DNA of 64,000 nt, from the IMG/VR virus record IMGVR_UViG_3300046333_000120; one strand, written 5' to 3'. The stretch comes from a virus. The notes beneath the pieces were generated by a model. The model had not been told where the DNA came from, did not search any database, and was given only the letters and a program-made list of their open reading frames with translations. Positions 11,402 through 20,843 of the stretch are shown here, one piece after another. Positions within the stretch are counted from its first letter, which is position 1; every line of letters starts with the position of its first letter. A program made the translations under genes and the position numbers.

Positions 11402-12754
11402 ATGAAAATTGATATAAAAGAAATATTCAAAAGTGACTTGGACCCTAATAGTCCAGCATGGTGGTCTACTCCTAAAATAGATAAAGTTAACTATAACTTT
11501 TATCAATTAAAAGATGGTGGTATGCCAGGTCCTGATGGTTCGATTGGCCCTGATGGCGATTTTGGAGCAGTTGGAAGTAAAGGATTTCAGGGTGCTACTG
11601 GATATAAAGGATTTCAAGGATTTCAGGGTGCTGCTGCAGATACTGACTGGCTTTATTTTCATGAAGATGCACAAAAACCAGGTTATCTGTTTCCAAAGAA
11701 GATTAGTACAAGTGGTGTACAATACGCGCCAACTCCTATCAGTATTGGAATTAGAACAAATGATAATTACGGTGGCATAAATAGATACGAAAATCCCACA
11801 GGATATGGAGATTGTGTTGTATTATCTAATGTAAATACAACTAATAATACTGGAAGTATAAAATCAAATTTAAGACTTAGTCATAGTAGTAAGGTATGCG
11901 ATTTTAAATTATCTGAAACTAATAATTTACATATTGGTAAATTTATAAGTAGTGATCCTAATTTTTCTATAATACAATATCTCACAACATCTACACTAAA
12001 GTCATATAACTCAGCAGGTGTTGGTACCATATATGCGGCGCATGTCATGGATAATACCAGTGCAATAATAAATGAAATGAATAATGCTAATGCAATTCTT
12101 TCAAATAGCTTAGTCGCTACAACGATATCAAATAGTGTATTTAATTATAATGTTGATGCTAATATTAATTATATATTAGCGTCTGATAATACTGCAGGTA
12201 ATGTTAGATGGAGGAAAAAACGTGAATTATTTCCAAGTTTTCCAATAGGTTCTATAATTTCAATAAGATCATTAGATTTAATTAGTACTTATTTTTATTT
12301 GAATGAAACAATAATACAACAACCTATTGGTGGAGTTTTACCGGCACTTAATATTAGATGGGGAAGAGGTAAATCAAATACTCAATATTCAGGATGGTAT
12401 ATATGTAATGGAAAGGAATGGAAGCCAAGTGACTCTGTCTCTCCATCATATTTAGTACCTAATCTAAATTCATATGATTATTCTATAGCATCAAATGGAG
12501 CAGGTCAACATACAGTAACAGGTGCTGGTAATAATTCACCAATATTAATAGGAGGATCTGATATTTTATTAAATGCAACACAGTCTGCTGGTGTATACAA
12601 TATTTTATATGGAAATACAATACCTGCCAATAACAATGGAACATCAATAATATTAGATAATACATCGTTAACTCCTAATTTATATGTTACAAAACAAATA
12701 CATATTATTTATTTAGAACGAGATGATTTAATTTGGCAAGATCCAGGCGTCTAA
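11402..12754 (+). CDS. Collagen-repeat tail fibre protein with tail-collar-like domain
   Basis: Gly-X-Y run GMPGPDGSIGPDGDFGAVGSKGFQGATGYKGFQGFQG; collar-like 'FPIGSIISI...GWYICNGK...VPNLN'. Confidence 0.7.
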   Translation: MKIDIKEIFKSDLDPNSPAWWSTPKIDKVNYNFYQLKDGGMPGPDGSIGPDGDFGAVGSKGFQGATGYKGFQGFQGAAADTDWLYFHEDAQKPGYLFPKKISTSGVQYAPTPISIGIRTNDNYGGINRYENPTGYGDCVVLSNVNTTNNTGSIKSNLRLSHSSKVCDFKLSETNNLHIGKFISSDPNFSIIQYLTTSTLKSYNSAGVGTIYAAHVMDNTSAIINEMNNANAILSNSLVATTISNSVFNYNVDANINYILASDNTAGNVRWRKKRELFPSFPIGSIISIRSLDLISTYFYLNETIIQQPIGGVLPALNIRWGRGKSNTQYSGWYICNGKEWKPSDSVSPSYLVPNLNSYDYSIASNGAGQHTVTGAGNNSPILIGGSDILLNATQSAGVYNILYGNTIPANNNGTSIILDNTSLTPNLYVTKQIHIIYLERDDLIWQDPGV

Positions 12755-12797
12755 TAATATTTAATGAATATATAGTAATATAAATATAGAATAAGAA

Positions 12798-15611
12798 ATG
12801 GCAATTAATTTAAAACAAATTAGTGTTTCTGATAGTGATAATATCAAATTAGACAAAGTTAATTATAATTTTGACCAATTAGTGTCAAATGGTGGAGGAC
12901 CTCAAGGTAATATTGGACCTAAGGGAGACACTGGACCACAGGGAATTACTGGAGCAACTGGAGAAAAAGGATATCAAGGATATCAGGGGTTTCAAGGACC
13001 TGCAGGATCTATTGATACTGCAACCTGGAAAAGAATTCAAGGATCTGGTGCAAGTTTAACTGCCGATACAATATTACCTATTCATAGATCAGATACAATG
13101 TTATATCCACCTGTGGTTAGCATTGGATTTTTAGAGACAGATGCTGAATATAATACTGCACAACCATTTGATGGAATTAATTCGCCATATCAGTGGATAA
13201 TTAATAGAAAAAATCATTTTAAATCAAATTTAAGATTAACCAACGCCAGCATATCTAATTATTTTGATTTTATAATGAGTTACGATTCTGTAACTAATAA
13301 AAATAACTTAACAATAGAAGCAAGTAATGGTATACAATCTACTATTACATGGTATGCTCAGAATCATATATTTAAAAGTAATGTTACTGGAGTAACACTA
13401 TTAAATATATCAGATACATCTATAACATATAATACTGATGTTATTTTTAATAGACCAGTTACTATTAATAGAAACTTGACAATATCAAATTCAAATGCGG
13501 GTACAAATAAGATAGCAGTCGCTGTAGATAGTACTGGTAAAGTTGCATTTAAAACTGCATTAGAAATAGGTGGAATAGTTCCAGTAGGGACTATAATTTC
13601 TATTTTACCTTCTATTTTTACCGATTCTACAAAATTTATTAACAGTCAAATTTATAGTGCAAATACTCCATCAACACAGATTCTACCAGTTCCTATTAAA
13701 GTAGGCGGTGGAATTGGCGATTATACAGGATGGTATTTATGTAATGGAAAAACATGGACAAATGGTATCAGTAATTATGCATTACCAGACTTAAATTCAT
13801 TTTCATATTCTATTGCTGATAATACAACAACATACGCATCAAATAGCCAAGGATTTGCAAGTGTTACAAATAATGAGATAGCTTTAATAGGTGGCGCGGA
13901 TGCCAATTTAACAGCAACAACATCTTCTCCTGGTATTTACACGATTAACGGAGCAGTACAAACTACAAGCGTGCCATTAACTGCAAATGGCAGTGGTACA
14001 TCGCTTACAATTAGAAAATTACCTCAAATCATATATTTAGGTGTTGCAGATCTTTATTGGACAGATAAAGGTACTTCCCCACAGTCAACTAATACATATA
14101 CATTTGATGATTTAAATAATACAGCAACTGGATGTGCTACGGTTACAGTGAGTGACACTAGAGCTGAAGGAACAGTATCTCCTGCAATTACATTTACAAG
14201 AGTAATAACAGCACCAAGTTCTTATTATTTCCAAACAATACCTACCGTTGCTTCATTTATCGAAGCAGGTACAGGATATGCTGTAACTAATGTGGTAGCT
14301 GGAAGTGGAACATATCCAACAACAATAACGGTCACTGTAAGTGTATCATTGCAAGAAGTTAATGGCACACAAAGAAGTATAACGTATAATACGACAAGTA
14401 ATATTGCAACAATTCCAGCATATACTATAACTTATAAATTTATAGATGAGAATACAAACAATGGAGTTCCGACTGTTCAAATAACAAATACAGGTGTTGC
14501 AGGTTCTTCTACTATACCATTAGGTAATGTTCTTATTAGTGCAGCATCACTTAGTCCAGGAATGCATTGGACTTCTGTTCCAACGTTTACTACTCCCGCA
14601 GGAAGTGGGCTAAGTTTTAGTGCAACCATAGATACCACGGATACGACTGATAAAACAATAAAAATAGCAACAAGTGTTACTAGCCAACCAGCTGATGGAG
14701 CATTTAGTGGAAATATAGTAGAAATTAAATATAATTCACTTGCATTTAAAGTATATGACACAGTATCTTTAACCTTAACTAGAGCAAATTCTCCAGCATT
14801 TGTATCTATTACAACGCCGCCTGTTAGTAACTCAATAACTAATTTCCATTATCAAAATGGTTGGACCGGAAATGTTATTATCAATGCAAACTCAGGATAT
14901 ACATATAGTAGTCCGAATGATGTTAATATGTATAGTAAAGATACATACCAACCTGGAGATACATATTCAAATGGACCAACATGGGATAGTTTAGAGTATA
15001 TAATTAATTCTAGAGTATGGACTCCAAGTACTACTGTAGGAAAATCAATTACAATGAATATTACCATTAAAGGCGATTTATCGGCAGGTTCAACATATTA
15101 TTATGGAATAGCAGGAAACCCTGTATTGACATCAATATTTACCTTTGTTTCACATGTAGGTGATCCTCAGACTTCATCGTCAGGTCCTATTGTTAGTGCA
15201 AGTACTAATGGTGGAAATTATTCATATAGTGGAATTAATATTGTTGATATGAATGGAACTACAAATCAATATGTACACTTAGTATTGGATGGAAACAGAC
15301 CAGTGGGTCTCTTTGGTGGAACTAGAGCTGGAACCCTTAACATATCAGTGGAGCCAGGATATGCTGGTAGTGTAATAGTTGTACCTAATGGAACTCCTAC
15401 TCCATTTTCGATATCAGGCGAAGATTTAGAGGCTACACCAACTGCTAGTGTTGGATCATTCTATCTATCACCAGGAAGATACCGTGTAACTATGACTGCT
15501 TCAGTATCTAATGCACCAACTAGTCAATACGGACAGAACTCTAGTGCTGTTTCATATTTATATATGTCAAATAATAATACTAATCCATGGACATTGATTG
15601 GAACATGGTAA
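12798..15611 (+). CDS. Collagen-repeat tail fibre protein with collar domain and Thr/Ser-rich C-terminal extension
   Basis: Gly-X-Y run GPQGNIGPKGDTGPQGITGATGEKGYQGYQGFQGPAG; 'VPVGTIISI...GWYLCNGK...LPDLN'; paralogue of the preceding gene. Confidence 0.7.
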   Translation: MAINLKQISVSDSDNIKLDKVNYNFDQLVSNGGGPQGNIGPKGDTGPQGITGATGEKGYQGYQGFQGPAGSIDTATWKRIQGSGASLTADTILPIHRSDTMLYPPVVSIGFLETDAEYNTAQPFDGINSPYQWIINRKNHFKSNLRLTNASISNYFDFIMSYDSVTNKNNLTIEASNGIQSTITWYAQNHIFKSNVTGVTLLNISDTSITYNTDVIFNRPVTINRNLTISNSNAGTNKIAVAVDSTGKVAFKTALEIGGIVPVGTIISILPSIFTDSTKFINSQIYSANTPSTQILPVPIKVGGGIGDYTGWYLCNGKTWTNGISNYALPDLNSFSYSIADNTTTYASNSQGFASVTNNEIALIGGADANLTATTSSPGIYTINGAVQTTSVPLTANGSGTSLTIRKLPQIIYLGVADLYWTDKGTSPQSTNTYTFDDLNNTATGCATVTVSDTRAEGTVSPAITFTRVITAPSSYYFQTIPTVASFIEAGTGYAVTNVVAGSGTYPTTITVTVSVSLQEVNGTQRSITYNTTSNIATIPAYTITYKFIDENTNNGVPTVQITNTGVAGSSTIPLGNVLISAASLSPGMHWTSVPTFTTPAGSGLSFSATIDTTDTTDKTIKIATSVTSQPADGAFSGNIVEIKYNSLAFKVYDTVSLTLTRANSPAFVSITTPPVSNSITNFHYQNGWTGNVIINANSGYTYSSPNDVNMYSKDTYQPGDTYSNGPTWDSLEYIINSRVWTPSTTVGKSITMNITIKGDLSAGSTYYYGIAGNPVLTSIFTFVSHVGDPQTSSSGPIVSASTNGGNYSYSGINIVDMNGTTNQYVHLVLDGNRPVGLFGGTRAGTLNISVEPGYAGSVIVVPNGTPTPFSISGEDLEATPTASVGSFYLSPGRYRVTMTASVSNAPTSQYGQNSSAVSYLYMSNNNTNPWTLIGTW

Positions 15612-15626
15612 AATAAATAATAATTC

Positions 15627-16463
15627 ATGAATAAAATTAATCAATACGTAGAATATTTAAAAAATCTAAAGTCTAAAATTTCAAGAACAACCCTAATTTT
15701 TATTGGGGTTGTTCTTCTTGTTTTATTACTATTACAACAATGCGATTCTAATGCTTCTCTTAGACGTGAAATTAAACAAGTTCAATTAGTAGCAGATAGG
15801 GAACTTAATAATTATAAAGCAAGTCTAGATACTATTAAAATCGAAAGAAATAAAAATAATGATTTAGTTGCAATCAAAAAAACATATGAATTTGATATAA
15901 ATTCATTAACTGCAGATAATAAAAAACTAATTACAAATTATCAAAGTGCTCTTAATCTTTCAAAGGAATTTAAAGATATTAACTCATTATTGAAAATAGA
16001 AATTAAAAGTAAGGATTCTATTATTAATGCTAAATCAAATGTATCATATGTTAATGATACATTAAGTATTATTAATTTTACCGATGAAAAAAATTGGGAT
16101 AAATATAATTGGAGAAGATTCAATGGAAAGGTTGGAGTATTTAGAAATAGTAAGACAAATTTTTTATTGGTTCAATCTAGTCAATTTAATTTTGAACAAG
16201 GAATTGAATTAAAGGCTGCAATACTAAGTGAAAATGGAGTGAGAACATTAAAGATAAGTACACCTTATTCTGGAATTACTTTCACTAATATAGAAAATAT
16301 AAATTTAGTTAATGATAAACTAAATGAAAAAAATGAAAAAAAAGCAGGTTGGTCAATAGGAGTTGGTTTAGGATATGGAATAAACCTTGGAAATGGAGTA
16401 TTAACCCTAGGACCATCTCTTAACGTAGGTATATTATGGTCACCAAAATGGCTTAGATTTTAA
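15627..16463 (+). CDS. Membrane protein, possible lysis/spanin-like component
   Basis: N-terminal hydrophobic helix (LIFIGVVLLVLLLLQQC), coiled coil, C-terminal Gly-rich beta hairpin ending in Phe. Confidence 0.4.
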   Translation: MNKINQYVEYLKNLKSKISRTTLIFIGVVLLVLLLLQQCDSNASLRREIKQVQLVADRELNNYKASLDTIKIERNKNNDLVAIKKTYEFDINSLTADNKKLITNYQSALNLSKEFKDINSLLKIEIKSKDSIINAKSNVSYVNDTLSIINFTDEKNWDKYNWRRFNGKVGVFRNSKTNFLLVQSSQFNFEQGIELKAAILSENGVRTLKISTPYSGITFTNIENINLVNDKLNEKNEKKAGWSIGVGLGYGINLGNGVLTLGPSLNVGILWSPKWLRF

Positions 16464-16477
16464 AAAACAATAAAGAA

Positions 16478-18541
16478 ATGGCAAAATCATCAAGATTCTT
16501 AAGAATAGACGAAGATGTATTATTAGAATTCATCTATCACGATCAATCGAATTCCGATCAGGTTAAGATTGAAAATGATAATAATGGAACTCAAATTAAA
16601 TACTTAAATACAGTCGATGGAGACAATAGTGCTTCAAGATTCTTAATTAGCGAGCTAGGTGCAGATGTTGTTGAGTTTACAGTTACAACTTCAAGTGGAT
16701 ATGTTATAATAAATAGTTTTGCAAGTAGACAACTTTTACTTAGAAATGGTAAAACATATAAATTCGATTTAACAGATTCAAGTATTAATAATGTAGCTGG
16801 ATTTACAATTCCAGGAGGTGCAGGTTATTTAAATGGACAAATATACGTCTATACCCCAACAACAAATGGAACATTTAAATATGAATATACTGATTTAGCT
16901 GAAACTAGTTTTATTGGAGGTCAAATTGAAGTTTCAAATAGAGCAAGTTCTCTTTTTTCAGTTCCAGAAGCACAAACTGGAAATGATATTAAAACAGCAC
17001 CTGGAGAATCTGGTAGATATTATGCAGTTCCTACTGATACTAGTGGAACCTTAGCACTATTAAATAATTCATTAAATTATCTAGATTCAACAGAATGGTT
17101 AGGAACTAATTCAAGTTCTCTTAGTGTAATTCCTACTTCAACTGTAAATGCAGTGTGGTATGATACAATAAGACTTCATTTGCGAACTGGTTATTCTTTT
17201 TCCGGAAGAGGATATGATGGATTTTTATTTCAAACAAAGATTAAAAGGCATTCTGGCATTTATAATTATTTTAATTCTACAGTTTACTTAAACTCTTCAA
17301 GTTTTGAACTTCAAAATCCAAATCCATTTATTTTAGCAGATACTTCATATTCAAAATATATTGAGATTAAAGTACCTACTTTAGTAAGTATGTATGACCC
17401 TACTAAAAATTTAGAATTTGAAGAAAGTTTCTTTGGAACTACAGGTTCTTTAGATGCAATTAATCCTTCAATAAATTATGAAATTGATTTTAAATTAATC
17501 AATGAAGTAGTTACAATAGGAGGATATGATTATATTCAAGTGGCTGAAGGTAACTCTCTTACTCTTTCACAGGAAGACGAGTATGTTGATATTTCATTAA
17601 ATGTAGAACATTCAACCGAAGGTGACTATTTTGAAATATATGGAACTAAAGATGGTTCTACTGCAGGATTTGAAAGTTATATTAATGGAAGGATGCAAAC
17701 ATCTGGAGATGATTTAACTATTTTCTATGAAGTACAAGTAAGCGAACAGTTAGGTCTTAATTATATTAATACCTTTTCAAATACATTTACACAAACATCA
17801 CAGTTCGATCAACCTATTGTATTTAGACCAGTGATTATGAACTCATCTATTTCAAATAACTTTACAATTACGGTAAATATGAGAATTTATAATGAGACAG
17901 ATAATACCCAGATATTAAAAGTAGCATCATTAATTTATAGTCAACCTAAAAAGTATGGTAAAAAATTATTGAAGTTAAATTTAAACTCAAGTTTTTCACC
18001 AACTGTGGTTTATAATACATTACCAAATACATCAGTTAATAGAGAATTAAATCAATTTGTTAATTCAATAAGACCATCCATAGGAGAAACTAAATATGTT
18101 CCAGTTGCATTAGATACATACGGTATTGTTGCATCAAATAGTAAAATATCAACAGATGGCGCAGACGTAACATCAACGGCAGACATTAAATATGATACAG
18201 AAGGAAATGGTATTATTACATTGTCAAAGGTATCAGATAACTTTATTAAATTTAAAGTTGCAAAACCAGGGGATGGAGTTCTTAATGCAATAAGTCTTGT
18301 AAATGCAGAAGACATGATATTAATTATTAAGAGTGGAACTATAGAAGAAAGAATTTCACATGACCCTTCATTTCCAGGAGTGGATATGGGTAATGGAGAA
18401 GTTTTCTTTAAAATTGCAAAGAGTACAGCAGTTAGATTTGACCAATCAGATACAAATCAAAATGCCGATAAATTTTATATTAACATAAAAAATGGTGGTA
18501 CTGAATCTTTATTGTACTACGGAAAAGTTAACATTATATAA
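16478..18541 (+). CDS. Virion structural protein, 687 aa
   Basis: Contains 'LRNGKTYKFDLTDSS', a motif type seen in myovirus structural proteins; translationally coupled to the next gene. Confidence 0.45.
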   Translation: MAKSSRFLRIDEDVLLEFIYHDQSNSDQVKIENDNNGTQIKYLNTVDGDNSASRFLISELGADVVEFTVTTSSGYVIINSFASRQLLLRNGKTYKFDLTDSSINNVAGFTIPGGAGYLNGQIYVYTPTTNGTFKYEYTDLAETSFIGGQIEVSNRASSLFSVPEAQTGNDIKTAPGESGRYYAVPTDTSGTLALLNNSLNYLDSTEWLGTNSSSLSVIPTSTVNAVWYDTIRLHLRTGYSFSGRGYDGFLFQTKIKRHSGIYNYFNSTVYLNSSSFELQNPNPFILADTSYSKYIEIKVPTLVSMYDPTKNLEFEESFFGTTGSLDAINPSINYEIDFKLINEVVTIGGYDYIQVAEGNSLTLSQEDEYVDISLNVEHSTEGDYFEIYGTKDGSTAGFESYINGRMQTSGDDLTIFYEVQVSEQLGLNYINTFSNTFTQTSQFDQPIVFRPVIMNSSISNNFTITVNMRIYNETDNTQILKVASLIYSQPKKYGKKLLKLNLNSSFSPTVVYNTLPNTSVNRELNQFVNSIRPSIGETKYVPVALDTYGIVASNSKISTDGADVTSTADIKYDTEGNGIITLSKVSDNFIKFKVAKPGDGVLNAISLVNAEDMILIIKSGTIEERISHDPSFPGVDMGNGEVFFKIAKSTAVRFDQSDTNQNADKFYINIKNGGTESLLYYGKVNII

Positions 18542-19092
18542 TGATTTTAAATAGTAGAAATAATTTATTCAATTTCAAATTCCCTAGGACTTTTATTCCT
18601 AAGGAAGTTGCTGACAAATATCGAAAGTATTTGAATAGAATGCCAGGTAATTTAATTTCAGAACCAATTGATTTTATAAATTATTCAATTCAGGGTGTTA
18701 ATCTTCCGGGTATTACATTTGATCCTATTGAAGTAGCACCCAATGATGGAACAATAACATATCATAGAGGTTCGATTCCAATACAAAATACAATTGATAG
18801 ACAATTTAAAGTTACAATGCAACTTTTAGATGGTTATATTAATTATTGGATTATGCAAGATACTTTACTTTATTATTATTCAAAAACAGTAAGGGAACCA
18901 TGGTTAAACGATATTAAACTCCAAATAATGGATGCTGAAGGTATTCATATAATGAGTGCTGTATTTGAAAAACCAATTATGAACTCAATATCTGAACTTG
19001 ATTTAAATATGAGTTCAAATATTGCAGAGTTTACTACATTTGATTTAAACTTCTATTATAACAAGTTTAATATTCAATTAGAAATAGATTAA
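18541..19092 (+). CDS. T4 gp3-like tail tube terminator/completion protein
   Basis: 'SIQGVNLPGITF...FKVTMQLLDGYINYWIM' follows the tube-fold gp3 pattern; similar size. Confidence 0.55.
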   Translation: MILNSRNNLFNFKFPRTFIPKEVADKYRKYLNRMPGNLISEPIDFINYSIQGVNLPGITFDPIEVAPNDGTITYHRGSIPIQNTIDRQFKVTMQLLDGYINYWIMQDTLLYYYSKTVREPWLNDIKLQIMDAEGIHIMSAVFEKPIMNSISELDLNMSSNIAEFTTFDLNFYYNKFNIQLEID

Positions 19093-19101
19093 GATATATA
19101 A
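19093..19101 (+). promoter_or_regulatory. Putative late promoter GATATATAA
   Basis: Recurrent motif directly upstream of the ATG at 19105. Confidence 0.45.
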
Positions 19102-19104
19102 AGT

Positions 19105-19410
19105 ATGAAAACATTTGATGATTATATAAACGAAGGAAAGGTTACTATAGATAACCTAACATTTGCAATACAGACTATTGTAGATAGAAAGGGATTAGCT
19201 ATAACATTTATACCTGATTCAAAAACATTAGATACAATTCATATTAATGGTAAAAACACTATTGTAGATATTATTGAAAAGAAAATGGCTAAAAGTTCTC
19301 CACTAATATCAACATGTATGTGGTTTGAAGCTGGTCATGACGCTGCAGGATTTACGTTTAGAATTGATCCTACTGAATTAACTGACGAATTAACTAAAGC
19401 ATTTAAATAA
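19105..19410 (+). CDS. Small protein with capsid-targeting-like leader
   Basis: Starts MKTFDDYINE; compare the T4 internal-protein leader MKTYQEFIAE. Confidence 0.5.
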   Translation: MKTFDDYINEGKVTIDNLTFAIQTIVDRKGLAITFIPDSKTLDTIHINGKNTIVDIIEKKMAKSSPLISTCMWFEAGHDAAGFTFRIDPTELTDELTKAFK

Positions 19411-19778
19411 TGAAAACATTTTTAGATTATATTAAAGAGGAAAATATATCCGATAAAGAATTAGCAATATTAACAGAATCTCTACAAACAGAGTGGACTG
19501 AAGAATTAGAAGCTAAAGTTGATGCTGCAATTGAAGAGTTTGCTTCAACATATAAAAATCTGGATGGTACTTATGATATTCATGCCTTTAATGAAGAGCT
19601 TACAAACGAAGGAGTATTAGGAAGCATATTTGGTGGATTGGCAGGTTTTGCACTTGGTAAAACTATTGGTAAAACACTGGCAAATATTCTTGGGATTACT
19701 TCAGGTATTATGTATGATATGTTAACTTCGAGATTAGTAGGAGCTGCATTAGGTTCTTCGCTTGGTAACAAAATATAA
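19410..19778 (+). CDS. Small protein with capsid-targeting-like leader and Gly-rich hydrophobic C-terminus
   Basis: Starts MKTFLDYIKEE; 'LTNE|G' precedes a glycine-zipper-like GSIFGGLAGFALG...GAALGSSLG. Confidence 0.5.
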   Translation: MKTFLDYIKEENISDKELAILTESLQTEWTEELEAKVDAAIEEFASTYKNLDGTYDIHAFNEELTNEGVLGSIFGGLAGFALGKTIGKTLANILGITSGIMYDMLTSRLVGAALGSSLGNKI

Positions 19779-19779
19779 T

Positions 19780-20436
19780 ATGAATTTTGTAACCATTGAC
19801 TTTTCCCTTAACTCTCCTGGAATCTGTATATTTAAAGATAACAAATATAATTTTATTGGTTATTTAAAACCAAAGACAGGAACTAAAAAGGAACAAATAT
19901 TACAAGAGGAACTTAATCTTCTTGAAGATACTCAGATCTCACATCAACCTGATTGGACAAATAATGAGTCCTATTCAAAGAGTGAGATGATTAAAATCCA
20001 AAGACATACTCAGACTGCAAAAGACATTATTGATATGGTTATTGAAATCACAGGTAATGATTCTCCTTTCGTTATTGCATTTGAAGGATCTTCTTATGGT
20101 TCTTCTGCAGGTACTAATAATATTATTGACATGGCAGCAGGAGCAGCAATCTTAAAGATGGAAATGATGTCAAGACTTGAAGTCTTAGAAATGATGACCA
20201 TTGCACCTTCAACCATTAAGAAACACGCAGGAAAAGGTTCCATGAAAAAGGATGAGCTTTGGCTTAAATTTCTAGAAAACATTCTTGATGATTCTTCTTT
20301 AGCATCCTCGTCTCTTCTTAAATTCTGTAAAGACAATATAGGAGAGGTAAAGAATATACCTAAACCAATGGATGATTTAGTAGATGCATATTTCTTAAAC
20401 CATTTATCTAGAAGTTTATTTTACCCCAAGGCTTAA
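19780..20436 (+). CDS. RuvC-like Holliday junction resolvase
   Basis: N-terminal 'VTIDFSLNSPGICI', 'FEGSSY', 'PSTIKKHAGKG', 'DDLVDAY'; ATG at 19780 preferred over TTG at 19762. Confidence 0.75.
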   Translation: MNFVTIDFSLNSPGICIFKDNKYNFIGYLKPKTGTKKEQILQEELNLLEDTQISHQPDWTNNESYSKSEMIKIQRHTQTAKDIIDMVIEITGNDSPFVIAFEGSSYGSSAGTNNIIDMAAGAAILKMEMMSRLEVLEMMTIAPSTIKKHAGKGSMKKDELWLKFLENILDDSSLASSSLLKFCKDNIGEVKNIPKPMDDLVDAYFLNHLSRSLFYPKA

Positions 20437-20444
20437 AGACTTAA

Positions 20445-20474
20445 GTTATATTGTCAGGGTACTGGATTGTTTCA
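20445..20474 (-). promoter_or_regulatory. Antisense TGAAAC-N18-TATAAC promoter-like site
   Basis: Reverse complement reads TGAAAC aatccagtaccctgacaa TATAAC. Confidence 0.45.
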
Positions 20475-20536
20475 GTAAAACTAAAAATAATTTAAAATAG
20501 TTTTCAAGTACCTATAAAAAGAATTAAAAATAGTAC

Positions 20537-20565
20537 TGAAACTAAATTAAATAAAGATATATAAT
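20537..20565 (+). promoter_or_regulatory. TGAAAC-N17-TATAAT promoter overlapping a late motif
   Basis: TGAAAC 20537-42, TATAAT 20560-65, GATATATAA 20556-64. Confidence 0.6.
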
Positions 20566-20596
20566 ACATGTACTAATATTTAAAAATGTATCATAG

Positions 20597-20785
20597 ATGA
20601 ATTCTTTCAATACAACCGAGCACTTTAATTTATTCAAAGCTCTAAGTAAACTAGTAACGTTAGGTAAAATCTCTAGAGATGAAATGGAAAACTTACTTAC
20701 TAAATCAGGTCTATCTAAAATAGATAAAAACCAATATAAAGATGATTCAGGTAATATTTTAACTATAGGTCGTGAAACATTTTAA
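20597..20785 (+). CDS. Hypothetical protein, 62 aa
   Basis: ORF downstream of the promoter motif. Confidence 0.45.
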   Translation: MNSFNTTEHFNLFKALSKLVTLGKISRDEMENLLTKSGLSKIDKNQYKDDSGNILTIGRETF

Positions 20786-20802
20786 GGGTATCAGTATATA
20801 AT
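20773..20802 (+). promoter_or_regulatory. TGAAAC-N18-TATAAT promoter for the SSB gene
   Basis: Motif match upstream of the gp32-like gene. Confidence 0.6.
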
Positions 20803-20843
20803 TAACAAATTAAAGTATTAACAAAAATTAAAGTATTTAAGAC

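Noticed and set aside
11402-15611. Diversity-generating retroelement acting on the fibre genes
   Set aside because: No reverse transcriptase in the window, and I saw no adenine-mismatched template/variable repeat pair.
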